Source of the DNA: Deltaproteobacteria bacterium
GTDB lineage: Bacteria > Bdellovibrionota_B > Oligoflexia > Oligoflexales > CAIYRB01
Length of the DNA: 64,000 bases
Reading direction: 5' to 3'
Assembly: GCA_016874735.1 (NCBI GenBank)
Contig: VGTI01000010.1
Span: 18,170 to 82,169 of the forward strand
Shown here: piece by piece, positions 28,954 to 38,200 of the stretch
Layout: the number at the start of each line of letters is the position of its first letter
Position numbering within the stretch: the stretch's first letter is position 1
Position numbers and translations under genes: made by a program
The notes under the pieces: generated by a model
What the model was told of the DNA's origin: nothing
The model's input: only the letters and a program-made list of their open reading frames with translations
The model's database searches: none

Positions 28954-29616
28954 ATGGCAATAGAAGGATTTGAACTCACCTTTGTTGATAGTGACCGACG
29001 CCATGCGGTGCGCAACGTCTATTGCATAGGTCGCAACTATGCTGAGCATGCGCGGGAGTTGGGCAACGAGGTGCCATCGTCTCCGGTGGTCTTTCTGAAA
29101 TCAACTGCAAGTTTGCGCGGCTTAGATCCGGTCCCCATGGCTCATAGTGATGAGAGTTTCCATCACGAGGCTGAGCTGGTGATACTGGTGGGTGCTCATG
29201 TACCGCTGCACGGTGGTGCTGGTTGGGAGGTGGTCTCCGCCCTCGGACTGGGACTAGATTTGACTAGGCGTGAAGTGCAGAATCAACTCAAGGCCAAAGG
29301 ACTGCCGTGGACCGAGGCCAAGAGCTTTGCCGGCTCTGGTGTGCTGTCCCCGTTTGTCCCTAAGAATCGATTCACTGATCCGAATCATATCGAGTTTTCC
29401 TTATCGGTGGCGGGCACGCCGAGGCAGAGCGGTGACACCCGGTTGATGCTGAACGATGTGCCGCAGCTTTTAACCCATCTTGCGTCGTCTCAACCGCTAA
29501 ATGCGGGTGACATCGTCTACACTGGGACACCCGCCGGGGTGGGTCCTATCCGTCGCGGTGACAGCTTCGTCCTCGAGTTCGGCCAACTTCATCTTAAGTT
29601 TGCTGGTCAACTCTAG
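28954..29616 (+). CDS. Fumarylacetoacetate hydrolase (FAH) family protein
   Basis: VYCIGRNYAEHARELG and PVVFLK are present. I prefer the ATG at 28954 over the TTG at 28918. Confidence 0.85.
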   Translation: MAIEGFELTFVDSDRRHAVRNVYCIGRNYAEHARELGNEVPSSPVVFLKSTASLRGLDPVPMAHSDESFHHEAELVILVGAHVPLHGGAGWEVVSALGLGLDLTRREVQNQLKAKGLPWTEAKSFAGSGVLSPFVPKNRFTDPNHIEFSLSVAGTPRQSGDTRLMLNDVPQLLTHLASSQPLNAGDIVYTGTPAGVGPIRRGDSFVLEFGQLHLKFAGQL

Positions 29617-29621
29617 GTCTC

Positions 29622-31097
29622 TTACCGCATCAGAGCGACAGTGCCAAATACTGCCCGTAAGTCTTCGTCGTTATAGGTGAGTCCACCACCGAAGAAAGAG
29701 CTTTCGAGCAGGCTTCTTTGCTTGCCTGTCTTGGGATCGACCTGCGTGATGTCGTTAAGCCCAGCCATGGCGTAGATGTGGTTGTAGAAGAGGGCGCTTG
29801 CCCATACTTTGACGAGAGCATTCTTCCGGACGGAGCTGTCGTTGGGATCGATGTCAAAGACCTCCGTAGTGAGCTTCAAGTTGTCGTTGAAGAAGTGGGC
29901 ATCGACGCCAGCGCCACCAGTGGTTTGAAAGAGACCGCCACGCAGTGTGAGCCAATACCAGCGCTTGGCAATCTGCAGATCAAAGCGCAGGGCGCTCTGT
30001 TTGCGCTCGCTCTCAATAGTCCTGGTCTCGCCGTTGGATCCGGTAATCACGGTCTCGCGGCGATCTTTGGTGTCAAAGCGACGGTCACTCAATCCAACTA
30101 GATAATAGCGATCTGGGCGGGTTCGGAGTAGGATATTGGCCCAGTACTGGGTGGTTTTGTCGCGTCTAACCTCGCCACGGACGTCCACATCTATGGTCAG
30201 TTTGGTGGCAGGAGCAAGGATACGCCGCATGTCTTTAATAGCGCCCTGAAGATCCTCGATCATTTCGTCGTCATTTATGAGTTTGCCGACGGTGCCCTCG
30301 CCTTTTTCGACTTTTTCCGCGATGAGGTTAATGTTTCGAACGGACCCTTGAACATCGCCCATCACCTGGTCAAACTGAGCGAGCACGTGATTGATGCGGT
30401 CACGATTTTCCTCGCTAGCTATGCCGCGAACAACTCTTGACGCCTCGCGTAGGTCGCGCAAAGTATCACGCACGTCAGAGACGATCGATCCAAAGTCTTT
30501 TTCCCTGTCACCAACTACGCGTCGGATCACATTTGAGGTTACCCGGAAGTCGTCACTCATGGCCTCGATGTTATCGAGTATTTTTTGTATCGAGCGTTGG
30601 CCCTTGTCACCACCTATGACGCCAGCCATGCTGCCAGTAATTTGTTTGATATCCACCGAGATATCACTCAACACCGTGATCATACTCTCAAGATCTTTGC
30701 CCTGCTTTGATTGCGGAACAAGGGATCCAGGAGGTAGTAGCTCCGTATCAACCGCTGGCCGTAAAATCTCCAGATGTTTATCGCCGAGTAGCCCAACGCT
30801 GCGGATCTCGATTTTCGAACCATCGGTAATTTTGAGATTGCGATCGACTTCAAATTCCACACGTGTCTTACCGTCTTCGAGTCTCACGGATTTCACTTTA
30901 CCGACCGTCACACCTGCAGTTTTTACCTGAGTTTTTGGTACGATGCCGGCAGCGTTTTCGAGATTAGAGTAGTAGGGGACATAAGCGCGGTTCTGAAAGG
31001 TCTCGGGGCTCAAAACAAAGAACATGTATCCCAGTGCTATCAATGCGACGATAGCAAAGATACCCACTCTTAACTCTGAACCGAGCTGTTTTAGCAT
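29622..31097 (-). CDS. mlaD: MCE/MlaD-family protein with long helical and beta-rich C-terminal extension
   Basis: An N-terminal TM is followed by an MCE domain (VGKVKSVRLEDGKTRVEF). The protein is 491 aa. Confidence 0.85.
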   Translation of the reverse strand: MLKQLGSELRVGIFAIVALIALGYMFFVLSPETFQNRAYVPYYSNLENAAGIVPKTQVKTAGVTVGKVKSVRLEDGKTRVEFEVDRNLKITDGSKIEIRSVGLLGDKHLEILRPAVDTELLPPGSLVPQSKQGKDLESMITVLSDISVDIKQITGSMAGVIGGDKGQRSIQKILDNIEAMSDDFRVTSNVIRRVVGDREKDFGSIVSDVRDTLRDLREASRVVRGIASEENRDRINHVLAQFDQVMGDVQGSVRNINLIAEKVEKGEGTVGKLINDDEMIEDLQGAIKDMRRILAPATKLTIDVDVRGEVRRDKTTQYWANILLRTRPDRYYLVGLSDRRFDTKDRRETVITGSNGETRTIESERKQSALRFDLQIAKRWYWLTLRGGLFQTTGGAGVDAHFFNDNLKLTTEVFDIDPNDSSVRKNALVKVWASALFYNHIYAMAGLNDITQVDPKTGKQRSLLESSFFGGGLTYNDEDLRAVFGTVALMR

Positions 31098-31218
31098 GAC
31101 GGTGTCTGCCTCATGTCTAACTATTAGCGTCTCAGAAAAACCATCGGAATCAAATAGGAATACTTTATAATTGGGTTATTTAAATTGATGATTGAGATTT
31201 GGTTAAGAAGAGAAGAGG

Positions 31219-31977
31219 TCAAAGAAATTCCATAGGTCCCTCGACCTTGCCGGAAAAAAACTGCCGCACAACCAGATCAGAGGACGTTTTAAAATCCGCG
31301 GCTGAGCCATGAAGTGCTAGCTTGCCCTTGTAAAGGAACATGAGGTTCTCGCCAGTAGCCAGGGCCGCCTTCAGATCATGAGAGATGACGATAGACGTGA
31401 GATCTTTTTCCTCCCGACTGAGCTGGACGATCAACTGATCGATCATTTCTGATACGAGTGGGTCCATGCCAGTGGTCGGTTCATCGTAGAGAATGACGCG
31501 CGGTTTGGTTACAAGCGCCCGTGCTAAACCAACGCGTTTACGTTGACCGGTAGAAAGCTCGGCAGGATATTTGTGCTGCATATTAGGGAGCCCAACCTGT
31601 GTCAGGACCTCCTCAACGCGGTCGAGCATGACACTCATTTTTTGACGCTTATGTTCGGCTAGGGGGAATAAGACATTCTCGCCCACTGAGATGCTGTCGA
31701 ATAAAGCTGCATTTTGAAAGAGCATGCCGAAATTCTTGCGGTACTCGCGCAACTGATCGATATCGTACTTAGTGATATCTTCGCCATCGACAAAGATTTG
31801 TCCGCTATCGGGTTTCAAAAGACCCATGATGTGTTTGATGGTTACCGATTTGCCTTCACCGGATTTACCGATGATGAAGTTGATGCGCCCGCGAGGTATC
31901 GCTAAATTCAAATGATTAAGCACACGGCTCTTGCCGAATGTTTTTGTGACATCTTTGAATTCAATGATGGGCGTCAT
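31219..31977 (-). CDS. mlaF: ABC transporter ATP-binding protein (MlaF-like)
   Basis: Walker A is GKSGEGKS, the signature is LSTGQRKR and Walker B is ILYDEP. Confidence 0.9.
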   Translation of the reverse strand: MTPIIEFKDVTKTFGKSRVLNHLNLAIPRGRINFIIGKSGEGKSVTIKHIMGLLKPDSGQIFVDGEDITKYDIDQLREYRKNFGMLFQNAALFDSISVGENVLFPLAEHKRQKMSVMLDRVEEVLTQVGLPNMQHKYPAELSTGQRKRVGLARALVTKPRVILYDEPTTGMDPLVSEMIDQLIVQLSREEKDLTSIVISHDLKAALATGENLMFLYKGKLALHGSAADFKTSSDLVVRQFFSGKVEGPMEFL

Positions 31978-31980
31978 GGG

Positions 31981-32823
31981 TCACCACATCACTTGAAAGT
32001 AGGTCATAATGACATCGACAAACAGTGTCGCCAGAAGGGACGAAACGACAGCCTTGGTCGTTGCTTCGCCAACGCCACGAGCGCCGCCCGACGCCGTAAG
32101 TCCAAAATGACAGCAGACCGTGGTGACCAGCGTAGAAAATGCAAAGGCCTTACTGATGCCGCGCCATAAATCCTTGGGTTCAACCAGCTGGGCTATCTTC
32201 GCGACGAAGGTACCCTCGTCTATATCAAATAAAAGGTTCCCGACAGAGTAGGAACCAATGACGCCGACAAATATGCAAACGGCACAAAGTAGTGGCATGA
32301 CGAACATACCGGCAATGAAGCGCGGCATCACGAGATAGCTTATAGGATCTACCGCCATCGCCTCCATGGCATCGATTTGCTCATTGACCCGCATGGTGGC
32401 AATTTCAGCAGTCATCGCTGCGCCGGCTCGACCAGTGATCAAGACTGTCGTGACAAAGGGCGCCATCTCCTCGCAGAGTGCTTTAGTTGTGATGGCGCCT
32501 AGCATGCTTTCAGCCTGGAAGACACGAAATACTGAGCCAATTTGGAGTCCAAAAACAGCACCAATGGCAAAGGCGCCGCCAATCAATACGACGAGGGATT
32601 GGTTGCCAATGAATTCCATTTGGGCAAAAACGAGAGACCAACGATAAGGTGGCTTGAAGCACCACCTGACAGTTTCAAGAAAATATTTACCAAACGCATA
32701 GAAGCCACGTCCTGTGCTAATGAGAGACGATCCAAAAGTTTCTAGCACCCGGACGGGTAGCAACTGAATCTGAATGCGTGTGATCTCAGTCAAGCTTGGC
32801 TGCCTCGTAGTGAACGGAGTCAC
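31981..32823 (-). CDS. mlaE: ABC transporter permease (MlaE-like)
   Basis: The 280-aa permease shows the typical MlaE pattern (AMAVDPISYLV.PR). Its stop lies 4 nt before the mlaF start. The start is GTG. Confidence 0.9.
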   Translation of the reverse strand: MTPFTTRQPSLTEITRIQIQLLPVRVLETFGSSLISTGRGFYAFGKYFLETVRWCFKPPYRWSLVFAQMEFIGNQSLVVLIGGAFAIGAVFGLQIGSVFRVFQAESMLGAITTKALCEEMAPFVTTVLITGRAGAAMTAEIATMRVNEQIDAMEAMAVDPISYLVMPRFIAGMFVMPLLCAVCIFVGVIGSYSVGNLLFDIDEGTFVAKIAQLVEPKDLWRGISKAFAFSTLVTTVCCHFGLTASGGARGVGEATTKAVVSSLLATLFVDVIMTYFQVMW

Positions 32824-32925
32824 TCATGGTCAGTGCAAAAGATTTACAGTGTATTAGTGATAGGTGGTATCGTGCGAGAGGGGAAGGCTTATTTTTCTCT
32901 ATTGTACCTTGACGCTAGATGTTTG

Positions 32926-34035
32926 TCAGTGTCTCTGCAGGCGAGCGCCAAGGCTTAGAATCGCTTTGAGATTGCCAATTGGTTGAGGATCGTCGTCTAA
33001 ACTTGAGTAAACGACATTTGGTAATTTTTTGTTTATGGCTTCTCTTAGGTTACTGATCAGACGTAGCTCGCCGTTGGCGCGATCGCTCAGCATGGCTAAG
33101 GCGGGGTGTTGCGTAGCTAGGAGCTGTGCCTGCTCTATCACCGGCTTTGGTAAACATCTGTTAAAGATAACTGCTTTTAGCAGATACGAAGACTTATCTA
33201 GTTCTTCGACGATGCCGCGCGAGGAGCGCACCGCAGCTTCGGTAGGAGCGGTCACGAGAGTAAAAGCAGTGCTCTCCCGATGTAGCATCTCGACAATGTG
33301 CTCGCCAGATTTGTGAAAGCCTTGAATAACCTCCTGAATGAGCAGTAGGAATTCACCCATATTCTGGAGGGCGCTAATACCTGTGACTTTGGCAATACCG
33401 CCCATCATGCGCTCGCCGGCTGAGAACAGGCGACTCAGCCCAAAATGACTTGCTGCGATAAATGGCCGAATCAACCAGGTTATCACCCGATTTTCCATAA
33501 AGCCTGCAAGCACATTTGGTCTTGTGAGAAAATCCAAGGCTTGGGTATCAGGCGGCGTGTCCAGGACAAGGAGGTCATAGTCGGGATTGTTAGCAAGCTC
33601 TTCGAGTTTAGCGAGTGCCATATACTCCAGAGGCCCTGCCAGATTGGTTGAGGCGGCCTGGTAAACCGGATGAGCAAGTATCCGCTCAGCTGTCTCCATC
33701 GACGGGGCGTGCTTAGAGACCATGGCATCAAATACGGCCTTTTGATCCAAGATAGCGGCATCCACGCTACCAGGTAGCCGCACATCGGGCGGCATCAGAA
33801 TTGGTCGTAGACGATCACTGAGCGGGATACCAAGCGCCGCAGCAAGGCGTCGCGCAGGGTCGATACTCAAAAGGGCAACGCGACGGCCCATCTGCGCAGC
33901 CATGAGGGCAGTCATGATGCTCGTTGTCGTCTTTCCCACACCGCCTGAGCCCAGCATGACTATAATCCGACTGGGGGCGATAAGACCAGCGAGCGGGCTG
34001 GTGGTGTCAGCTTGGAGCTGGAGAGGCTCGGTCAC
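32926..34035 (-). CDS. ArsA/Get3-like P-loop ATPase (subunit B)
   Basis: GSGGVGKTT, SIDPARRL (ArsA DPA-type motif) and LVLDTPPD are present. Its GTG start overlaps the stop of the upstream paralogue (GTGA). Confidence 0.8.
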   Translation of the reverse strand: MTEPLQLQADTTSPLAGLIAPSRIIVMLGSGGVGKTTTSIMTALMAAQMGRRVALLSIDPARRLAAALGIPLSDRLRPILMPPDVRLPGSVDAAILDQKAVFDAMVSKHAPSMETAERILAHPVYQAASTNLAGPLEYMALAKLEELANNPDYDLLVLDTPPDTQALDFLTRPNVLAGFMENRVITWLIRPFIAASHFGLSRLFSAGERMMGGIAKVTGISALQNMGEFLLLIQEVIQGFHKSGEHIVEMLHRESTAFTLVTAPTEAAVRSSRGIVEELDKSSYLLKAVIFNRCLPKPVIEQAQLLATQHPALAMLSDRANGELRLISNLREAINKKLPNVVYSSLDDDPQPIGNLKAILSLGARLQRH

Positions 34036-34940
34036 GGCTCGCCTCCGTGCCGGCTGAAAAATCTGGCGGCAAAGTCGCCCGGTAATGGCGTGGGGACGAA
34101 ACCTAATTCGGGTAGGGTCCAGAGTGGTAGTTTGGTGTCCGCAATGCCTGATTTGAGAGTAGCCAGGGCTTCCTGTGCGACGGTGTGCGCGCGTCGCAAG
34201 TAGGCGGTTGCCGGTCCCTCCATGGGCAATCCCATGATGTCAGGTGGCATCCGATTAACGACTAAAGCCGCAACCTTGGATGGGGACTTCTCGCGCAGCA
34301 GCGGTAGGAAGTCGAGCGTTTCGCTGACGACAAGGGGCTCGGGAATGGTGACGAACACTGTCGCGCACTTGGATGCATCCTGAAGAAAATTACGGACACG
34401 CTCCGTTTCTTTATTGAGAGGACCGCCAATGGAGGTGTCGCGTATGGCGTCCGGTGTGGTCATCAGGCTTAAAAAATGCCCAGACGCAAATGCATCTAGA
34501 ATCACAAGGTCGTAGGGGCGTGCCTCTTGCAGTTCACAGTGATAGAAAAGGCGTCCGAGCAGCATGAGCTCGGCCAGGCCCGGCACCGTGTTAATGAAGC
34601 TTTTGACGACGCGGTGACTAAAAATCGTGTCGTAGAGGCGTTTTTGCTTCAAATATTTGGTGACGTACTCGCGAAAATTTTCCGTCGGATCGATATTGAC
34701 GCAGTCAATCCTGGGGGCCACGGTCCGTTCCGTATGTCCAGGTAGCTGCCCCCCAAAGAGTGGGGCTAGCTGATCACAGGCGACATATTCGACAAGCAGT
34801 ACGCGCTTACCCTGGGATGCCGCTAACTGACCAAGAGCAGCCGTAAGCAGCGTCTTGCCGATACCACCCTTGCCGGTGACCAGTAGCAATTTGCGACTAA
34901 ATAGATCAGACGGCTCAAGCATGGTTAACTCGGGCACCAT
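34032..34940 (-). CDS. ArsA/Get3-like P-loop ATPase (subunit A, divergent)
   Basis: TGKGGIGKT, VPGLAELMLLG and LVILDAFASGHF (switch II-like) are present. It lacks the DPA motif. Confidence 0.75.
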   Translation of the reverse strand: MVPELTMLEPSDLFSRKLLLVTGKGGIGKTLLTAALGQLAASQGKRVLLVEYVACDQLAPLFGGQLPGHTERTVAPRIDCVNIDPTENFREYVTKYLKQKRLYDTIFSHRVVKSFINTVPGLAELMLLGRLFYHCELQEARPYDLVILDAFASGHFLSLMTTPDAIRDTSIGGPLNKETERVRNFLQDASKCATVFVTIPEPLVVSETLDFLPLLREKSPSKVAALVVNRMPPDIMGLPMEGPATAYLRRAHTVAQEALATLKSGIADTKLPLWTLPELGFVPTPLPGDFAARFFSRHGGEP

Positions 34941-34973
34941 GAACGGGTTCAGCTCAGCTAAAAGGCGACTCCC

Positions 34974-35195
34974 TCAAGCTTGCGGCGGCTGATCTTTGTC
35001 ATTTGGATTGGACGGTGGCGTGTTGTCGGCAATCTTCTTGGCAGGCTCATCGTCCTTAAGCCCCTTTTTGAAGTTTTTGATGCTCTCACCGATGGCTCCA
35101 CCGAGTTCTGGTAGTTTTTTACCACCGAACAGCAGAAACACGACCGCAAAGATGATGACGAGCTCCCAAAAAGACGGAATTCCAAGTAAGGGCAT
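34974..35195 (-). CDS. tatA: Twin-arginine translocase subunit TatA/E
   Basis: MPLLGIPSFWELVIIFAVVFLLFGGKKLPELGGAIGESIKNFKKG is a textbook TatA N-terminus. AGGAG lies upstream. Confidence 0.9.
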   Translation of the reverse strand: MPLLGIPSFWELVIIFAVVFLLFGGKKLPELGGAIGESIKNFKKGLKDDEPAKKIADNTPPSNPNDKDQPPQA

Positions 35196-35225
35196 AGCTA
35201 TCTCCTATTAGGACCAGTGCTGGCT

Positions 35226-35253
35226 AATATACGCGTAATTGCGTTCCTGTGAA
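35226..35253 (-). promoter_or_regulatory. Candidate sigma70-type promoter for tatA
   Basis: The minus strand reads TTCACA - 16 nt - TATATT, about 30 nt upstream of the tatA ATG. This is pattern match only. Confidence 0.35.
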
Positions 35254-35290
35254 ACCGTAAAAAATCCAAGTAAGCGTCTGAAACAATTCA

Positions 35291-38200
35291 TCATTCAGCC
35301 TTATCAAGCGGGGGGTAGGGGAGCTCCGGGGGGAGTTGCTCCTCATCACGGTGTTCGATCATGACCGCCGCAAGGTAGTAGCGCGGAAGATTGGCCTCTA
35401 TCACCACGCTGGTGAGCAGTCTGTGGAGCTCATCAACGGTTTGAATCTGTCCCACATTGCTGGCAACGCGGCGCTGTGCGGCGTCCTCAAGTGTGGCATC
35501 GAGCTTGCTTGTGTCGTAGCTCAAAATGTACGTGTGCGGTCCATTCAAGCTAGCACTGATGTCCCAGTACCGCAGGTCGCGACCTTGTGCGTAGGTTAGG
35601 ACGACTTCGTTCTGCGGTGACACGGCATTGTCCGTGCCGATGACAAAAGGTCGCGCCGAGCCGAAATGGCCACTAGCGGCGGTCTTGGTTTCGCGATTAA
35701 ATATCGTGAAGGCTAAGGTAATGCCCTCGAGCTGATCGGCATTGGGCATTGACGCAAGGAGCAGGGAAAACTCCTCGCGGAGCTCGGAAGCCTCAAACCG
35801 GTTTCGTCCGGAGGCGACCGAGATCGCGCGCACCACCATCAGGTGATGCCAAATCATAGAGCCCACGTGGTCACGCAGATTTTCACTGCCGGCAATCATA
35901 CAGTAGGCAATCACGTAATTATTAGGACCGAAATTGAGACCCAGATACCATGAAGTTTCGCGTTGCGTCCTGAGGCGGCCGTGGTTCCATACCCTCAACC
36001 AAGGGACTGGTTCAAGGCTGATAGTCGCCGAGGCATACTCGATGCGCTCTGTGCCAACCGTGTTGCGAGTAGATGCATTGGTTAGACGTGCTGGTAGCTG
36101 GCGTTCAAACAGCAGTGCGAGCTGAGCACCAAATTGATCGAGTTCCATGCGGCACGAGGTAGTATCGCGACCGAGAGCGATGTCTTCGACAAAAAATAGT
36201 CCAATACTTCCGTTGTTCGAACGCAGTGGCACCAGGGCGCTCATGCGCATAGCAGGGCCGGTGCGTCGCCGGGCGGCTGGCTCACCAGCGTTAGTGGCGC
36301 GTCTTGTGCGCGTAAAATTACTCGTCCCTGTATGGTCGCGGAAATTGCGCCCACCAGCGGCGCCCATGATCACCGTGGTCGAGTCCTCGAAGTCCTCGTC
36401 ATCCTCGGAACTAAGACGGGGCGTACTGCCGAGAGTGCTCTCACCAAGTTCCATCTGTGGGTCTTGTGCACGCGGAGGAGGTGGCAGCGCAGGTAAATCA
36501 TCATCATTATTATTTTTAGACCAGGGAGCATCAGTAAGGGGCAAAAATAATGTCGACCGAATGTTTAAGTAAGGTTCGATATAAGCAAGTAACTCTTCAG
36601 GCGGGCGACCACTAGCAGTCGTGTGAATGATCCGGGCTTGTCCAGCTTGGTCGGTAACGATGCAAAAGGTCTGGGCAAAGGAATAGTGTTTTGAAAGGAG
36701 CGATGTACTGACGGCTAAGGACTCTAGGAGTGGCGTGCGCGATGCCAAAGCATCACACAGATGATTGAGATTAACGGCACACAACCGGCTCTTCAAATTA
36801 TCTCGTGGGGTCGCTGCCTCTGCTGCGGTGGATTTAACAGTGCGCCGTGGATCAATATCGCGGAAGTTAATCTGCTTCTTCTCCATGAGTTTGGCGATAT
36901 ATTCAACCATAGTCGTGAGACCAGACTTATGAGCGATTGTGAGTGCACGTCGCAAATAATCAACTTTTTTGGTGTTGACGTGCTCAACTAAATGCGTACC
37001 AAACCAAAGATAGCCAAGAACTTGGATCAAATTATTGTTTTGTGACGTTTTCAGAGACAGATCGTATAACATGCGGACGTTTTTCGGTTCGCCCGTCAGT
37101 TCACCTAGTCTTGCCCGAAGCAACAGCGGGATAGGCCGATTTTGGCCCTTTATCCTTAAGATTCTGCTACGGAGCCGCATGAGTAACACATGCATCTCAG
37201 CGCTGCGCATGAGGGCGCGCCCATATTCCTGTTCATAAAGTATGGGTACGGTGAAGGCAAAGAGACCGATAAAGTCTTCTTCAAACGGTAGGAGGAAACT
37301 GTCACGGTTGCCACTACTGAAATCATTCATCGACATCAAGTAATAATCACGAACGCGATCGGTTTCGCCGCGCGCAAACGAGACTATCGTCAGGATGATG
37401 TTGATAAATGGATCTTGGCTCCGACTAGAAACCCGTTGGCGTCGCTTTAAAAACGACTGTCCATGACGGACGATACTGTCCCGTGAGCCCTGAAGCAAAA
37501 AGCCATAAAGCATAAATGATATGCAGCGGGGTGATAACCAGTTGCGCGTCGGAATAACGTCAGGTAGCTGCATACTGTAGCGCAGGACCGCTTCAAAATT
37601 ACATTTCATTAATTCTCGGAACACCTTGAATGTGAGGCCGAGTCCATACATGAGCCGATCTTCGTTAGGTCGCAGGGTGCCCATGGCTTCTTTGAGATTG
37701 GCACTGACCTCTTCATGGCGGCCCTTCATATAATCAAGAGTCATGGCGCGCAGTAACGCGACGTAACCATAGACGCTGACCTCGTTAGCATTGCGCGCTA
37801 GTTCCATAGCGAAGTCGAGAAACCGATAAGCAGTCCGTGTCGAACCGATATATCCGAGTATCGCTGCACGTTCTGCGACGATCTTTATAGCACTAGCGGC
37901 GCTACTCTGTCCTGATAGCGCCAGGCGTAAGGCCGCATCATGGTAGAGCAGGGCCATGCGTTTATGATCGCGCATATAAAGTTGCGCCCCGATCATAAAG
38001 AGTCTGATCGCAGGATATTTGCGGTCCTGCACATCACCGTCCTCTTTGCGGCGTTGATGAGCAAAGCGCAGAATCGCCTGCATGCGTTTTTTCTGCCATT
38101 TGATGGGCATAAGGTCTGTGATCAGCGACATCACAAGGCGCGCCATTGCAAAGACATTGACGCGGGGCACCTGCTGCCGTATCAGCCGGAGCGTGGCCTC

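Noticed and set aside
30391-30930. A 179-aa plus-strand ORF. Similar cases are 42545..43183 (-), 46971..47582 (+), 45205..45585 (-) and 49676..50098 (-).
   Set aside because: All are antisense to genes with strong family motifs (mlaD, pyk, the tail-anchored protein, the 441-aa protein, prc). Their products are Ser/Arg/Pro-rich and typical of shadow ORFs.
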